A stretch of DNA of 63,012 nucleotides, counting the filler. It is 15 parts of 15 records of this genome, joined end to end, with 100 filler letters (N's around TTAATTAATTAA, not from the genome) between each part and the next. Parts side by side here need not be neighbours in the genome. Positions count along the whole stretch, not along the records: positions 10,938 to 13,112 come from SRR11831586_1760; positions 13,213 to 15,983 come from SRR11831586_1763; positions 16,084 to 25,310 come from SRR11831586_1771; positions 25,411 to 30,461 come from SRR11831586_1780; 11 more parts are not named here. One strand, 5' to 3'. A program made the translations under genes and the position numbers. Positions within the stretch are counted from its first letter, which is position 1. Every line of letters starts with the position of its first letter. Of this stretch, positions 11,925-25,491 are shown one piece after another. The notes under the pieces are model-generated. The model was not told where the DNA came from, searched no databases, and saw only the letters and a program-made list of their open reading frames with translations.

Positions 11925-13053
11925 ATGCAGTGCGCACTTTACGACGCGGGTCGCTGTCGTTCCTGTCAGTGGATAATGCAGCCGATTCCAGAGCAACTCT
12001 CCGCTAAAACCGCCGATCTTAAAAATCTGCTCGCCGACTTTCCGGTTGAGGAATGGTGCGCGCCGGTGTCAGGCCCGGAACAAGGGTTTCGTAATAAAGC
12101 CAAAATGGTGGTGAGTGGTAGCGTTGAAAAACCACTGCTCGGTATGCTGCATCGCGATGGCACACCAGAAGACCTTTGTGACTGCCCGCTTTATCCTGCC
12201 TCATTTGCGCCCGTTTTTGCGGCGCTAAAACCGTTTATCGCCCGAGCGGGGTTAACGCCCTACAACGTGGCGCGTAAGCGTGGCGAACTGAAATACATTC
12301 TGCTGACTGAAAGCCAGAGTGATGGAGGCATGATGCTGCGCTTTGTACTGCGTTCTGATACCAAGCTGGCGCAACTGCGTAAGGCGCTGCCGTGGTTACA
12401 CGAACAACTACCGCAGCTGAAAGTTATTACCGTCAATATTCAGCCGGTACATATGGCGATTATGGAAGGGGAGACGGAGATCTACCTGACCGAACAACAG
12501 GCACTGGCGGAGCGTTTTAATGACGTACCGCTGTGGATCCGTCCGCAAAGTTTCTTCCAGACTAATCCGGCGGTCGCCAGCCAGTTGTACGCCACCGCGC
12601 GCGACTGGGTACGACAGCTGCCGGTTAAACATATGTGGGATCTGTTCTGCGGTGTGGGGGGCTTTGGGTTTACACTGCGCGACGCCTGACATGCAGTTAA
12701 CCGGGATCGAAATTGCATCAGAGGCCATTGCCTGTGCAAAGCAGTCAGCCGCTGAACTGGGCTTAACGCGTTTGCAATTTCAGGCGCTGGACTCCACTCA
12801 GTTTGCCACCGCTCAGGGGGATGTGCCGGAGCTGGTGCTGGTTAACCCGCCGCGCCGCGGCATTGGTAAACCGCTGTGTGATTATCTCTCAACGATGGCA
12901 CCGCGTTTTATCATCTACTCCAGCTGTAACGCCCAAACTATGGCGAAAGATATCCGCGAACTGCCTGGGTTTCGTATTGAACGGGTGCAGCTTTTCGATA
13001 TGTTCCCGCATACCGCGCACTATGAAGTGCTGACGCTGCTGGTGAAGCAATAA
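11925..13053 (+). CDS. rlmC: 23S rRNA m5U747 methyltransferase RlmC, interrupted by a +1 G at 12666-12668 (probable sequencing error)
   Basis: N-terminal Fe-S cysteines and [10 protein letters not shown] in one frame, LHCATP..NPPR..YSSCN..DMFPHT.H.E in the next; span 1129 = 1128+1. Confidence 0.93.
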
Positions 13054-13073
13054 AAAAGCCGCATGTGCGGCTT
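13052..13073. terminator. hairpin terminator downstream of rlmC (T-tail on minus strand)
   Basis: AAAAAAGCCGCA-TG-TGCGGCTT. Confidence 0.6.
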
Positions 13074-13088
13074 CAGATTGCTGACAAA

Positions 13089-13112
13089 GTGCGCGTTGTT
13101 TATGCCGGATGC
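13089..13112. repeat. start of REP/BIME at contig end
   Basis: GTGCGCGTTGTTTATGCCGGATGC; near-identical context precedes the REP pair at 40372. Confidence 0.7.
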
Positions 13113-13212
13113 NNNNNNNNNNNNNNNNNNNNNNNNNNNNNNNNNNNNNNNNNNNNTTAATTAATTAANNNNNNNNNNNNNNNNNNNNNNNNNNNNNNNN
13201 NNNNNNNNNNNN
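13113..13212. other. artificial contig linker
   Basis: 44 N + TTAATTAATTAA + 44 N. Confidence 0.99.
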
Positions 13213-14903
<1,691 letters not shown>

Positions 14904-14950
14904 AGGAAAGAACATTGCCCGGTCAGGATGGCCGGGCAAACAAGGCAGGA

Positions 14951-15265
14951 TTAAATCCCTGGCTGCAGAATACGGATATTCATCTCCAGCACGTCACCTT
15001 TTACGGCTTCGCTATACGCCTTCATGTGCGGGGTTTGCAGATGCGCTTCAAGATGCGCGATGCTTTCCCACTGCTCAATCATCACGATAGAATCCGGTGC
15101 CATAGACTGGAAACTCACGCCAGCTGCGCAATCCACCATTGGCGCATAGCCGTGGCAACCTTCTTCTTTCAGTACGGTTGGAACGATTTTAGCAAACTGA
15201 TCCAATACCGCCTGACGGTGATGTTGACCAGGACGAGTACGGATTTCTGCGATTACGGTAAGCAT
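14951..15265 (-). CDS. ygiN: putative quinol monooxygenase YgiN
   Basis: ABM-type fold sequence, downstream of mdaB. Confidence 0.92.
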   Translation of the reverse strand: MLTVIAEIRTRPGQHHRQAVLDQFAKIVPTVLKEEGCHGYAPMVDCAAGVSFQSMAPDSIVMIEQWESIAHLEAHLQTPHMKAYSEAVKGDVLEMNIRILQPGI

Positions 15266-15295
15266 GGTTAACTCCTTCTAAAGCCTGAGCTCTAG

Positions 15296-15877
15296 TTAAC
15301 CAAAAATTTCCACAAGATGCTTGCGATATTCTTCAGTATAGCGGGGAACATCAGGCATTTTTATCACGTCATTAGCGATAAATGTCGGCAGCGGTTCCAT
15401 ACCGAGGAATTGGTTTGCTTTATGGAACGGCAGATACACACCGTCAACGCCAACGCCGTGGAAGAACTGATCTTTTTCGGTGAAGGCTTCCATTGGTGCG
15501 TTCCAGGTCAGAGAAAGCATATATTTTTTGCCCTGTACCAGGCCGCCGGAACCGTATTTTTTCGACGGATCTTTGCGGGTACGACCATCGCTGGCATACA
15601 GCGTCCCGTGACCTTCGGTGAATACATCATCAATGTATTTTTTCACTGTCCACGGCGCGCCCATCCACCAGCCTGGCATCTGCCAGATCACCACATCAGC
15701 CCAGAGAAAGTTTTGTACTTCCGCTTTGACATCGTAGTCGCTGTCGGCGCGAACGATGCGGACATCATGCCCAAGGTCGCGCAGTGTGCCATCCGCGACT
15801 TCGGTCAGGGTGTCGTTCAGTTGACCATTGGAGTGGGCGAATTTTTTCGCGCCGTTGATAATCAGGATGTTGCTCAT
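15296..15877 (-). CDS. mdaB: NADPH:quinone oxidoreductase MdaB
   Basis: flavodoxin-2 motif QMPGWWMGAPWTVKKYID; 193 aa. Confidence 0.95.
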   Translation of the reverse strand: MSNILIINGAKKFAHSNGQLNDTLTEVADGTLRDLGHDVRIVRADSDYDVKAEVQNFLWADVVIWQMPGWWMGAPWTVKKYIDDVFTEGHGTLYASDGRTRKDPSKKYGSGGLVQGKKYMLSLTWNAPMEAFTEKDQFFHGVGVDGVYLPFHKANQFLGMEPLPTFIANDVIKMPDVPRYTEEYRKHLVEIFG

Positions 15878-15983
15878 TTTTTAACCTCAAGGTGAGACGT
15901 TTGCCGACTATAGTACGTCACAGAGCGGTACGGTGAAATTAGCAAAATGTGCAAAGTCTTTTGCGAATTTAGCAAAAGTCTGA

Positions 15984-16083
15984 NNNNNNNNNNNNNNNNN
16001 NNNNNNNNNNNNNNNNNNNNNNNNNNNTTAATTAATTAANNNNNNNNNNNNNNNNNNNNNNNNNNNNNNNNNNNNNNNNNNNN
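15984..16083. other. artificial contig linker
   Basis: 44 N + TTAATTAATTAA + 44 N. Confidence 0.99.
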
Positions 16084-16160
16084 TCGCAGCAATCGAGTAA
16101 ATTAGCTTCACCACGGTATATTGTTTCCGTAGAATACCCATAATTATAAGAGAGGTTGTT

Positions 16161-16220
16161 ATGATTGAACGTGAACTGGGGAACTGGAAAGACTTTATCG
16201 AAGTTATGCTTCGTAAGTAA
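16161..16220 (+). CDS. ypfM: 19-aa small protein MIERELGNWKDFIEVMLRK (below ORF-track cut-off)
   Basis: GAGG Shine-Dalgarno just upstream of ATG; peptide recognised as E. coli YpfM; convergent with acrD. Confidence 0.85.
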   Translation: MIERELGNWKDFIEVMLRK

Positions 16221-16280
16221 TTCCTGAGACAAAGTACAAACAGCAAGAACCCGCTGAGCAGGTTCTTAATCGGAAAGTTG

Positions 16281-16313
16281 AAAAAGGCGACACATTGGCA
16301 TGTCGCCTTTTTT
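16281..16313. terminator. bidirectional terminator between ypfM and acrD
   Basis: AAAAAGGCGACA...TGTCGCCTTTTTT. Confidence 0.85.
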
Positions 16314-16318
16314 ATTGC

Positions 16319-19300
16319 TTATTCCGGGCGCGGCTTCAGCGGGAAGCGGCGGCGCACCAGCACAAAGAACAGCGGCACGAAGTAAATAGCCAGAATAGTG
16401 GCCGAAATCATCCCGCCCATTACGCCAGTACCCACCGCATGCTGACCACCGGAACCGGCACCCGTGCTGGTTGCCATTGGCAATACGCCGAAGATAAATG
16501 CCAGCGAGGTCATCAGAATCGGGCGTAAACGCTGACGGCAGGCGTGGAGCGTCGCTTCAAACAGGTCGTGGCCTTTTTGGTTCATCTCGTTAGCAAACTC
16601 GACGATCAGGATGGCGTTTTTCGCCGATAAACCAATGACCGTTAACAGGCCCACCTGGAAGTAAACGTCGTTTTCCAGCCCGCGCATCCAGGTTGCCAGC
16701 AGCGCGCCGATTACCCCCAGCGGCACGACCAGCATTACCGAGAACGGCACCGACCAGCTTTCATACAACGCAGCCAGACACAGGAATACCACCAGCAAGG
16801 AAATGGCGTACAGCGCCGGAGCCTGCGCGCCGGAAAGCCGCTCCTGATACGACATCGCCGTCCACTCCAGACCAAAGCCGTTTGGCAGCTGCTTCACTAA
16901 CGATTCCATAATATCCATCGCCGTACCGGTACTGACCCCCGGTGCGGCTTCCCCAACAATCTCAACCGCAGAATAACCGTTATAGCGTTCCAGACGCGGC
17001 GAGCCTGTTTCCCAGCGTGAGGTCGCGAAAGCAGAGAAGGGCACCATGCCGCCATCTTTATTTCGGACATACCAGAGATTGATGTCATCTGGCAGCATGC
17101 GATACGGCGCAGCTGCCTGCACATAGACTTTCTTCACGCGACCGCGATCCATAAAGTCATTCACATAGCTCGAACCCCAGGCGGTTTGCAGTGTGTCGTT
17201 AATATCGTCGATAGCAACGCCCAGCGCCTGAGCTTTACGCTGGTCGATATCAATCTGCAACTGCGGACTGTCGTCGAGGCCGTTATGGCGCACACGGGTT
17301 AGCTCCGGGTTTTCCGCCGCCAGCGCCAGCAACTGATTACGTGCTGCCATCAGCGCATCGTGACCCGCTCCAGCGTGGTCCTGCAACTCCATATCAAAAC
17401 CTGCAGAACTACCAAGACCGCTAATTGCTGGCGGGCTGCTGGCGATAACGCGAGCTTCTTTAATTTGGTTAAACGCCTTCGTTGCACGCTCGATAATGGC
17501 AAACGAGGTGCCGGTCTTACTGTCGCGTTCGCTCCAGTCTTTCAGGCGGATAAACATTCGCGCCACGTTTTGCCCGTTACCCCCAGGGCCAGAACCAACG
17601 GTGGCAAACACCGACATGATGTTGTCTTTTTCATGGGTGAAGTAGTATTTCTCGATTTGCTCAACGACTTTCAGGGTCTGTTGTTGCGTTGAACCGCTGG
17701 GCAACTGTACCGAGGTAGTAAACATGCCACGGTCTTCCAGCGGTAAGAACGACGTCGGCAAACGCAGGAACAGGAACACCATGCCGCCAAGCAGCAGGAC
17801 ATAAATCACAATCCAGCGCAGGCTACGGTGGAGAATTTTCGCCACCCCTTTTTCGTAGCGTTCGGCGTTGCGGTTAAACATCTGGTTAAACCAGGCAAAA
17901 AAGCCTTTTTGCCCATGATGCTCACCTTTTTTCAGTGGCTTAAGTAGTGTGGCACACAGAGCCGGAGTGAGGATCATCGCTACCAGTACTGACAGCACCA
18001 TCGCCGCAACAATGGTAATAGAGAACTGGCGATAGATGGCACCGGTGGTGCCGCCGAAGAAGGCCATTGGTACAAATACCGCCGAAAGAACCATCGCAAT
18101 CCCGACCAGTGCCCCCTGGATCTGCCCCATCGATTTACGTGTGGCTTCGCGAGGAGTGAGTCCTTCCTCACTCATAATACGTTCGACGTTTTCCACCACC
18201 ACGATGGCGTCATCCACCAGCAGACCGATCGCCAGCACCATCGCGAACATGGTTAAGGTGTTGACGCTGTAACCGAAGGCGTAAAGTACGGAGAAGGTTC
18301 CCATCAACACCACCGGCACGGCGATAGTGGGTATCAGCGTGGCGCGGAAGTTTTGCAGGAACAGATACATAACGAGGAAAACCAGAGCGATAGCTTCCAG
18401 CAGCGTTTTCACCACGTCTTCAATGGAGGCTTTAACAAACGAGGTGGTTTCATACGCCACCTTGTATTCCAGTCCATGCGGGAAATACTGCGCCAGCTCG
18501 TCGAGACGATTGAGCACCAGCTCCGCTGTCGCCATTTCGTTAGCGCCGGAGGCCAGTTTTACCCCCAGCCCGGAGGCTGGCTTACCATTGAAGCGGCTAA
18601 GATAATCGTATTTCTCCGCCCCCATTTCGACGGTGGCGACATCGCCCAGCCTTACCTCTGAGCCGTCCTGATTGACCCGCAAGGTGATATCGCGGAACTG
18701 TTCTGGTGTTTGCAGCAGTGACTGGGCGTTAATGGTGGCGTTGAGCGCCTGCTTATCGACGGAAGGTGTACCACCAAGTTGCCCAACCGCAATCTGCGCG
18801 TTCTGTGACTCAATGGCATCAGTGACATCTTTAGCCGTCATCTGGAAACTGTTGAGTTTCGCCGGGTCCAGCCAGATACGCATGGAATATTGCGAACCAT
18901 AGGCATCGATATCCCCGACGCCATTCACGCGGCTTAACGGGTCCTGAATATTACTGGCAACATAATCAGCAATATCCTGTTTATCCATCGAACCATCGGT
19001 AGAGACGAAGGCAATGGTCAGAATGTTGGTATCGCCGGTTTTACGCACCGTCACGCCCTGATTTTGCACCGCCTGCGGTAACTTTCGCATGGCTGATTGC
19101 AGCTGGTTTTGTACTTGCTGCACGGCTTCGTCCGGATCGGTGCCTGCTTTAAAACTTAAAGTGACAGATGCCTGACCGGTGCCACTGCTCTGAGATGACA
19201 TATACATGAGATTATCGAGGCCGGTCATATTTTGCTCGATAACCTGGGTCACGGTGTTTTCCAGCGTCTGGGCCGATGCGCCGGGATAGTTAGCGGTCAC

Positions 19301-19433
19301 TCGCACATTCGGTGGCGCGAGATCGGGGTATTGTTCAACGGGCAATGAAAAAACTCGCCAGGGTACCTGTCAGACACAACAGGATTGCCAGCACCCAGGC
19401 AAAAATGGGGCGATCAATAAAGAAATTCGCCAT
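16319..19433 (-). CDS. acrD: RND multidrug/aminoglycoside efflux pump AcrD, with a +1 insertion at about 19354 (probable sequencing error)
   Basis: [14 protein letters not shown] start at 19433 shifts into PVEQYP frame; [13 protein letters not shown] and RLRPILMT motifs; span 3115 = 3114+1. Confidence 0.95.
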
Positions 19434-19596
19434 TAAAAGAGGACCTCGTGTTTCTGCGTATCGTTGTAGGCTTGACTTGCTTCACTGTAGCGGCAAGGTA
19501 CGAGCCAATCGTGGAGAAAAAAAGGAGTTAATGTAAATTATCATGCCCTTTTATACTGAACCTTAAGTGCAAGTATTCTTTGGTCAGTAGGAGGCA

Positions 19597-21297
19597 TTAC
19601 ATTAACTGACTTTCCTCACCCTCCGCAGAGCGAAAGCTAATACTCACTAACGTGCCGCCGCCGGAAGGTTGTGAAAAAGTCAGCGTCCCACCTAGCCGTT
19701 CCGCGCGTTCGCGCATGATATTCAGACCATAATGACCTTCGGGTTCTTTCGGTTCACCGATACCAATCCCGTTATCACGGATATAAACCGTGTGATTGCC
19801 GTCCGGCGCGGTGACGCAACTGACGGCGATTTCGCTGGCGTTGGCGTGCTTCATCGCATTCAGCACCGCTTCGCGAATAATTTGCAACAAATGCACCTGC
19901 ATTTGCGCATCCAGTACCAGGGTTGGCAGACGGCAGTCGAGGGTCAGTTTGGCGCTGGTTTGATTTTGTAACGTATCCAGCATTTCCCTCAATGCGGAGG
20001 GGAGATCCGCCTGCTGCAGCGTCAGGCGGAAAGTAGTCAACAGCTCGCGTAACTGCCGATAAGCATCATTCAACGCCTGGGAAAAATCGGCCATGATACT
20101 TTGTGCGGTGGCGTTATCTTCCGGTATCGAACGCTTCAGTAACGTCAACTGGATACGTAAGTAAGAAAGTACCTGAGCCAGCGAGTCGTGCAATTCGCGG
20201 GCGATGGTCGCACGTTCTTCCATCAACAATAATTGCTGAAAATGCTTCTGCGCCTGATTAAAGTACAAACCGCGTCCCAGCATCGACGAAACGCTGTTAA
20301 GCAGCGGTTCTGATGATGAAACGTGACTATTTTGCCAGTGCAGTTCGCCGTAAACCGTCTCTTGCATTGTCACCGGTAAAATCTGCATCGGCAATTCCGG
20401 GTTTGGTTGCCCTTCGCTAATCCGCCAGTTTTCACCGACATTTAACTCCAGATATTCAGCCGCTTCATTGTCGCGAACAATCTGCAAAATATGGCGGAAA
20501 CAATGCACATCAATCTGGCTAGTGTTCAGCGCCTGCGAACACTGATACAACACCTCCAGACGACGCTTGGCCTCGTGGAGATCGCGGGTCTTTTCTTCTA
20601 CTGACGCTTCCAGCGAACGGTACAATTTATGCAGCTCGCTCGACATCTGGTTAAAGGTTTTTGCAAGCAGACCAAGCTCATTCGGCAGGTTGGTATCCAG
20701 CGGCGGCGAGTCGAACTGCCCGTGTTCAATACGCTGACTGGCGGTAACCAGCTGATTCAGCGGGGCAACCACCTGATGGCGTATGCGGCGCAAAGTAAAA
20801 AAGACCAGCGTGAAAATACCGATGCCGCCAGCCAGGGAAATCGCCACCACCAGCAGCATTTTGCGTTCAGCGTAGTGCTGTAAAGCCAGTACGAACAGGT
20901 CTATCTGATTAACATAATTATTAATATTGGCCTGATACCACGGCAAATCGCCCTTGCTGAGCCGATTATTCATCTCCAGCCAGTTGGCATTCAGATGCGC
21001 ATAGCGAGTTTTTACTGCTTCTGGCACATACCAGACGTTGAGGTTGGTTAATACCGGTGAATGCAGTGCCTGCTGAAATAACTGGCGATGTGCATTGAGT
21101 TGTGGACTGCCACTTTGCAAGTCGTAGCCCAGGCGGTAACTCTGCATACGCAGCGATCCGGCAATATTGATAGCCTCAGCGTCGCGCAAACTGCTCGCCA
21201 GAGTTAGCAGAGCGATACCCGTGGAAAGAATCGACAGCAGCACAATGTAAAAAAAGGCCCGGGCCAGACTGGCCGAGACGGGTCGTTTAACAATCAC
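19597..21297 (-). CDS. narQ: nitrate/nitrite sensor kinase NarQ
   Basis: P-box DAEAINIAGSLRMQSYRL, HAMP, ARELHDSLAQ H-box; GTG start. Confidence 0.95.
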   Translation of the reverse strand: MIVKRPVSASLARAFFYIVLLSILSTGIALLTLASSLRDAEAINIAGSLRMQSYRLGYDLQSGSPQLNAHRQLFQQALHSPVLTNLNVWYVPEAVKTRYAHLNANWLEMNNRLSKGDLPWYQANINNYVNQIDLFVLALQHYAERKMLLVVAISLAGGIGIFTLVFFTLRRIRHQVVAPLNQLVTASQRIEHGQFDSPPLDTNLPNELGLLAKTFNQMSSELHKLYRSLEASVEEKTRDLHEAKRRLEVLYQCSQALNTSQIDVHCFRHILQIVRDNEAAEYLELNVGENWRISEGQPNPELPMQILPVTMQETVYGELHWQNSHVSSSEPLLNSVSSMLGRGLYFNQAQKHFQQLLLMEERATIARELHDSLAQVLSYLRIQLTLLKRSIPEDNATAQSIMADFSQALNDAYRQLRELLTTFRLTLQQADLPSALREMLDTLQNQTSAKLTLDCRLPTLVLDAQMQVHLLQIIREAVLNAMKHANASEIAVSCVTAPDGNHTVYIRDNGIGIGEPKEPEGHYGLNIMRERAERLGGTLTFSQPSGGGTLVSISFRSAEGEESQLM

Positions 21298-21502
21298 ACG
21301 CGTCTTCTCCACAAAAAATCATTAATGTTCCAGTTCGCTGAAACGCAATTTAGTCAGTGATGGGATTATTTGATCTGCCACAGTTTATAGCGAAATAGTT
21401 ACTTATTCTGGGCACATGAACATTGCCGATTCCCCTGTAAGTCGGGTAATAACAACACTCATATAAAGAATAAGGTTTTTACAACCAAAAAAGAAGGTCG
21501 TT

Positions 21503-23482
21503 ATGAATCGTTTTATTATGGCCAACAGTCAGCAATGTCTGGGTTGTCATGCTTGTGAAATCGCCTGTGTCATGGCTCACAATGATGAGCAACATGTCCT
21601 GAGCCAACACCATTTTCATCCCCGAATTACGGTTATCAAACATCAACAGCAACGTAGTGCAGTGACCTGTCACCATTGTGAAGATGCGCCCTGCGCCCGT
21701 AGCTGCCCTAATGGCGCAATCAGCCACGTTGATGACAGCATTCAGGTCAATCAGCAAAAGTGTATTGGCTGTAAATCCTGCGTGGTGGCCTGTCCTTTTG
21801 GTACGATGCAAATCGTCCTGACACCCGTCGCGGCAGGAAAAGTAAAAGCCACGGCGCATAAATGCGACCTTTGTGCGGGGCGCGAAAACGGTCCTGCCTG
21901 TGTTGAGAATTGCCCGGCGGACGCGCTGCAACTGGTCACTGACGTCGCACTCTCCGGCATGGCGAAATCCCGCCGCTTGCGCACCGCGCGTCAGGAACAT
22001 CAACCGTGGCATGCCAGTACCGCGGCGCAAGAAATGCCGGTAATGAGTAAAGTCGAACAAATGCAGGCAACGCCCGCGCGTGGCGAGCCGGATAAACTGG
22101 CGATTGAAGCGCGCAAAACCGGTTTTGATGAAATTTATCTGCCATTTCGCGCCGACCAGGCACAACGGGAAGCCTCGCGCTGCCTTAAGTGCGGCGAGCA
22201 CAGCGTTTGTGAATGGACCTGCCCGCTGCATAACCATATACCGCAGTGGATTGAACTGGTGAAAGCCGGAAACATCGACGCCGCCGTCGAGCTTTCTCAC
22301 CAGACCAACACCCTGCCGGAAATTACCGGACGCGTTTGTCCGCAAGACCGTTTGTGTGAAGGTGCCTGTACTATTCGCGATGAGCACGGCGCGGTAACTA
22401 TCGGCAACATTGAACGCTACATTTCAGATCAGGCGTTGGCGAAAGGTTGGCGTCCTGACTTAAGCCATGTCACCAAAGTGGACAAGCGGGTGGCGATTAT
22501 CGGTGCAGGTCCGGCAGGGCTGGCCTGTGCGGATGTTCTGACCCGCAATGGCGTGGGGGTGACGGTGTACGATCGCCATCCAGAAATCGGTGGCTTGCTC
22601 ACTTTCGGCATTCCTTCTTTCAAACTGGATAAATCCCTGCTGGCACGCCGTCGGGAAATCTTCAGCGCGATGGGGATTCACTTCGAACTCAATTGTGAAG
22701 TGGGTAAAGATGTCTCTTTGGATTCGCTTTTGGAACAATACGACGCGGTCTTCGTTGGCGTAGGCACTTACCGTTCCATGAAAGCGGGTTTACCCAATGA
22801 AGATGCGCCGGGCGTTTATGACGCGCTGCCGTTCCTCATTGCCAACACTAAACAGGTGATGGGGCTCGAAGAGCTACCGGAAGAGCCGTTTATCAATACC
22901 GCCGGACTTAACGTCGTGGTACTGGGCGGCGGCGACACCGCGATGGACTGTGTGCGTACCGCACTGCGCCACGGCGCGAGTAACGTCACCTGCGCTTATC
23001 GTCGTGATGAAGCTAACATGCCAGGCTCGAAGAAAGAAGTGAAGAACGCCCGCGAAGAGGGGGCCAACTTCGAATTTAACGTCCAGCCGGTGGCGCTTGA
23101 GCTGAATGAACAAGGTCACGTCTGCGGGATTCGTTTCCTGCGCACGCGTCTTGGAGAGCCGGATGCCCAGGGGCGTCGGCGTCCAGTGCCGGTGGAAGGC
23201 AGTGAATTTGTCATGCCAGCCGACGCGGTGATTATGGCGTTTGGCTTCAATCCGCACGGGATGCCGTGGCTGGAGTCGCACGGTGTAACGGTAGACAAAT
23301 GGGGCCGCATCATCGCGGATGTGGAAAGCCAGTACCGTTACCAGACCACCAATCCGAAAATCTTCGCTGGTGGTGACGCCGTGCGTGGTGCGGATCTGGT
23401 GGTTACCGCAATGGCAGAAGGACGTCATGCGGCACAGGGGATTATTGACTGGCTGGGGGTAAAATCAGTCAAATCTCACTGA
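21503..23482 (+). CDS. aegA: Fe-S/GltD-like oxidoreductase AegA
   Basis: N-terminal 4Fe-4S ferredoxin motifs fused to a GltD-like domain (GAGPAG, GGGDTAMDC); 659 aa. Confidence 0.93.
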   Translation: MNRFIMANSQQCLGCHACEIACVMAHNDEQHVLSQHHFHPRITVIKHQQQRSAVTCHHCEDAPCARSCPNGAISHVDDSIQVNQQKCIGCKSCVVACPFGTMQIVLTPVAAGKVKATAHKCDLCAGRENGPACVENCPADALQLVTDVALSGMAKSRRLRTARQEHQPWHASTAAQEMPVMSKVEQMQATPARGEPDKLAIEARKTGFDEIYLPFRADQAQREASRCLKCGEHSVCEWTCPLHNHIPQWIELVKAGNIDAAVELSHQTNTLPEITGRVCPQDRLCEGACTIRDEHGAVTIGNIERYISDQALAKGWRPDLSHVTKVDKRVAIIGAGPAGLACADVLTRNGVGVTVYDRHPEIGGLLTFGIPSFKLDKSLLARRREIFSAMGIHFELNCEVGKDVSLDSLLEQYDAVFVGVGTYRSMKAGLPNEDAPGVYDALPFLIANTKQVMGLEELPEEPFINTAGLNVVVLGGGDTAMDCVRTALRHGASNVTCAYRRDEANMPGSKKEVKNAREEGANFEFNVQPVALELNEQGHVCGIRFLRTRLGEPDAQGRRRPVPVEGSEFVMPADAVIMAFGFNPHGMPWLESHGVTVDKWGRIIADVESQYRYQTTNPKIFAGGDAVRGADLVVTAMAEGRHAAQGIIDWLGVKSVKSH

Positions 23483-23549
23483 TAGCCTGCGCAGACAAAC
23501 CCGACTTCACAGCGTAAGATAATTGTTCATTTCGCGCTGTGGAGTCGGT

Positions 23550-24125
23550 ATGACGCAACAAATCACCCTCATTAAAGACAAAATTCTCTCCGATAACTAT
23601 TTCACCCTGCACAACATTACTTACGATCTCACGCGCAAAGACGGCGAAGTTATCCGCCATAAACGTGAAGTGTACGATCGCGGCAATGGTGCGACGATCC
23701 TCCTGTACAACACGAAGAAAAAGACCGTGGTTCTGATTCGTCAGTTCCGTGTCGCTACCTGGGTTAATGGCAATGAAAGCGGGCAGCTGATTGAAAGCTG
23801 CGCCGGGCTGCTGGATAACGACGAACCGGAAGTGTGTATTCGCAAAGAAGCGATTGAAGAGACGGGCTATGAAGTGGGTGAAGTGCGCAAATTATTTGAA
23901 CTGTATATGTCGCCAGGCGGTGTGACTGAGCTAATCCACTTTTTTATCGCCGAATACAGTGACAATCAGCGCGCTAACGCCGGTGGCGGTGTCGAAGATG
24001 AAGATATTGAAGTGCTCGAGCTGCCGTTCAGCCAGGCGCTGGAGATGATCAAAACCGGCGAGATACGTGACGGTAAGACGGTGTTATTGCTTAACTATTT
24101 GCAAACGTCACATTTAATGGACTGA
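23550..24125 (+). CDS. nudK: GDP-mannose Nudix hydrolase NudK
   Basis: Nudix box AG.LD...PE....KEAIEETG. Confidence 0.93.
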   Translation: MTQQITLIKDKILSDNYFTLHNITYDLTRKDGEVIRHKREVYDRGNGATILLYNTKKKTVVLIRQFRVATWVNGNESGQLIESCAGLLDNDEPEVCIRKEAIEETGYEVGEVRKLFELYMSPGGVTELIHFFIAEYSDNQRANAGGGVEDEDIEVLELPFSQALEMIKTGEIRDGKTVLLLNYLQTSHLMD

Positions 24126-24250
24126 AAAATAACAATAATATTTCGTTGTTTATTATTGGCTCAATCCGACAAATCCGATTGAGCCGCGCTACCTGCGCAA
24201 CGAAGATACGACTTGTGCTGTTTGTTTGAACTTCTGGGGTCGTACCGTCC

Positions 24251-25294
24251 ATGCGCTATCGCATTTTCCTTCTCTTTTTTTTCGCTTTGTTGCCGACGTC
24301 TTTGGTGTGGGCGGCACCAGCGCAACGGGCGTTTTCCGACTGGCAGGTCACCTGTAATAACCAAAATTTCTGCGTGGCGCGTAATACGGGCGATCATAAT
24401 GGACTGGTGATGACCCTGAGCCGCAGCGCCGGGGCGCATACCGATGCCGTTTTACGTATTGAGCGCGGCGGATTGAAGTCGCCGGAGGCGTCAGAAGGGG
24501 AGATAGCGCCACGGCTGCTGTTAGATGGCGAGCCGTTGGCGTTAAGTGGTGACAAGTGGCGGATTTCACCATGGTTATTAGTAACCGATGATACGGCAAC
24601 CATCACCGCGTTTTTGCAGATGATTCAGGAAGGGAAGGCAATCACCTTACGCGATGGCGATCAGACCATTTCTCTGAGTGGCTTAAAAGCAGCGTTGTTG
24701 TTTATTGATGCTCAGCAAAAGCGCGTTGGCAGTGAAACCGCGTGGATCAAGAAAGGGGACGAACCGCCGCTCAGCGTACCGCCCGCGCCTGCGCTGAAAG
24801 AGGTCGCGGTGGTTAACCCAACGCCGACGCCACTCTCACTCGAAGAACGCAACGATTTGCTGGATTATGGAAACTGGCGGATGAATGGTCTGCGCTGCTC
24901 GCTTGATCCATTGCGTCGTGAGGTGAATGTCACTGCGCTGACTGATGATAAAGCGCTGATGATGATTAGCTGTGAGGCAGGGGCCTATAACACCATTGAT
25001 TTGGCATGGATTGTGTCGCGTAAAAAGCCACTAGCTTCGCGCCCGGTTCGGTTGCGTTTGCCGTTCAACAACGGTCAGGAGACGAATGAACTGGAACTGA
25101 TGAACGCAACATTTGATGAGAAATCGCGTGAACTGGTGACCTTAGCGAAAGGGCGCGGATTAAGCGATTGTGGCATTCAGGCGCGCTGGCGCTTTGACGG
25201 TCAGCGTTTTCGCCTGGTGCGTTACGCCGCAGAACCCACCTGCGATAACTGGCATGGGCCAGACGCCTGGCCCACGTTGTGGATCACCCGTTAA
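24251..25294 (+). CDS. ypfG: DUF1176 exported protein YpfG
   Basis: signal peptide, DWQVTCNN..C and KGRG.SDCG motifs; synteny. Confidence 0.88.
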   Translation: MRYRIFLLFFFALLPTSLVWAAPAQRAFSDWQVTCNNQNFCVARNTGDHNGLVMTLSRSAGAHTDAVLRIERGGLKSPEASEGEIAPRLLLDGEPLALSGDKWRISPWLLVTDDTATITAFLQMIQEGKAITLRDGDQTISLSGLKAALLFIDAQQKRVGSETAWIKKGDEPPLSVPPAPALKEVAVVNPTPTPLSLEERNDLLDYGNWRMNGLRCSLDPLRREVNVTALTDDKALMMISCEAGAYNTIDLAWIVSRKKPLASRPVRLRLPFNNGQETNELELMNATFDEKSRELVTLAKGRGLSDCGIQARWRFDGQRFRLVRYAAEPTCDNWHGPDAWPTLWITR

Positions 25295-25310
25295 ACAAAA
25301 TGGCGGGACA

Positions 25311-25410
25311 NNNNNNNNNNNNNNNNNNNNNNNNNNNNNNNNNNNNNNNNNNNNTTAATTAATTAANNNNNNNNNNNNNNNNNNNNNNNNNNNNNNNNNN
25401 NNNNNNNNNN
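25311..25410. other. artificial contig linker
   Basis: 44 N + TTAATTAATTAA + 44 N. Confidence 0.99.
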
Positions 25411-25491
25411 AAGAAAATCCTCCGCCACGGCAAGAAAGTGGGCTTCATCAATCTAATCAAGGATGGCATGAAAGGAGTGACCGTTTTATGA
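25411..25491 (+). CDS. fixC: C-terminal 26 codons of FixC
   Basis: KKILRHGKKVGFINLIKDGMKGVTVL* with ATGA overlap onto fixX. Confidence 0.8.
   Translation, partial: KKILRHGKKVGFINLIKDGMKGVTVL

Noticed and set aside
12661-12672. Programmed ribosomal frameshift in rlmC (and likewise cdd, yohK, acrD)
   Set aside because: Removing a single base restores the expected full-length protein in each case, and these genes are known as single-frame ORFs.
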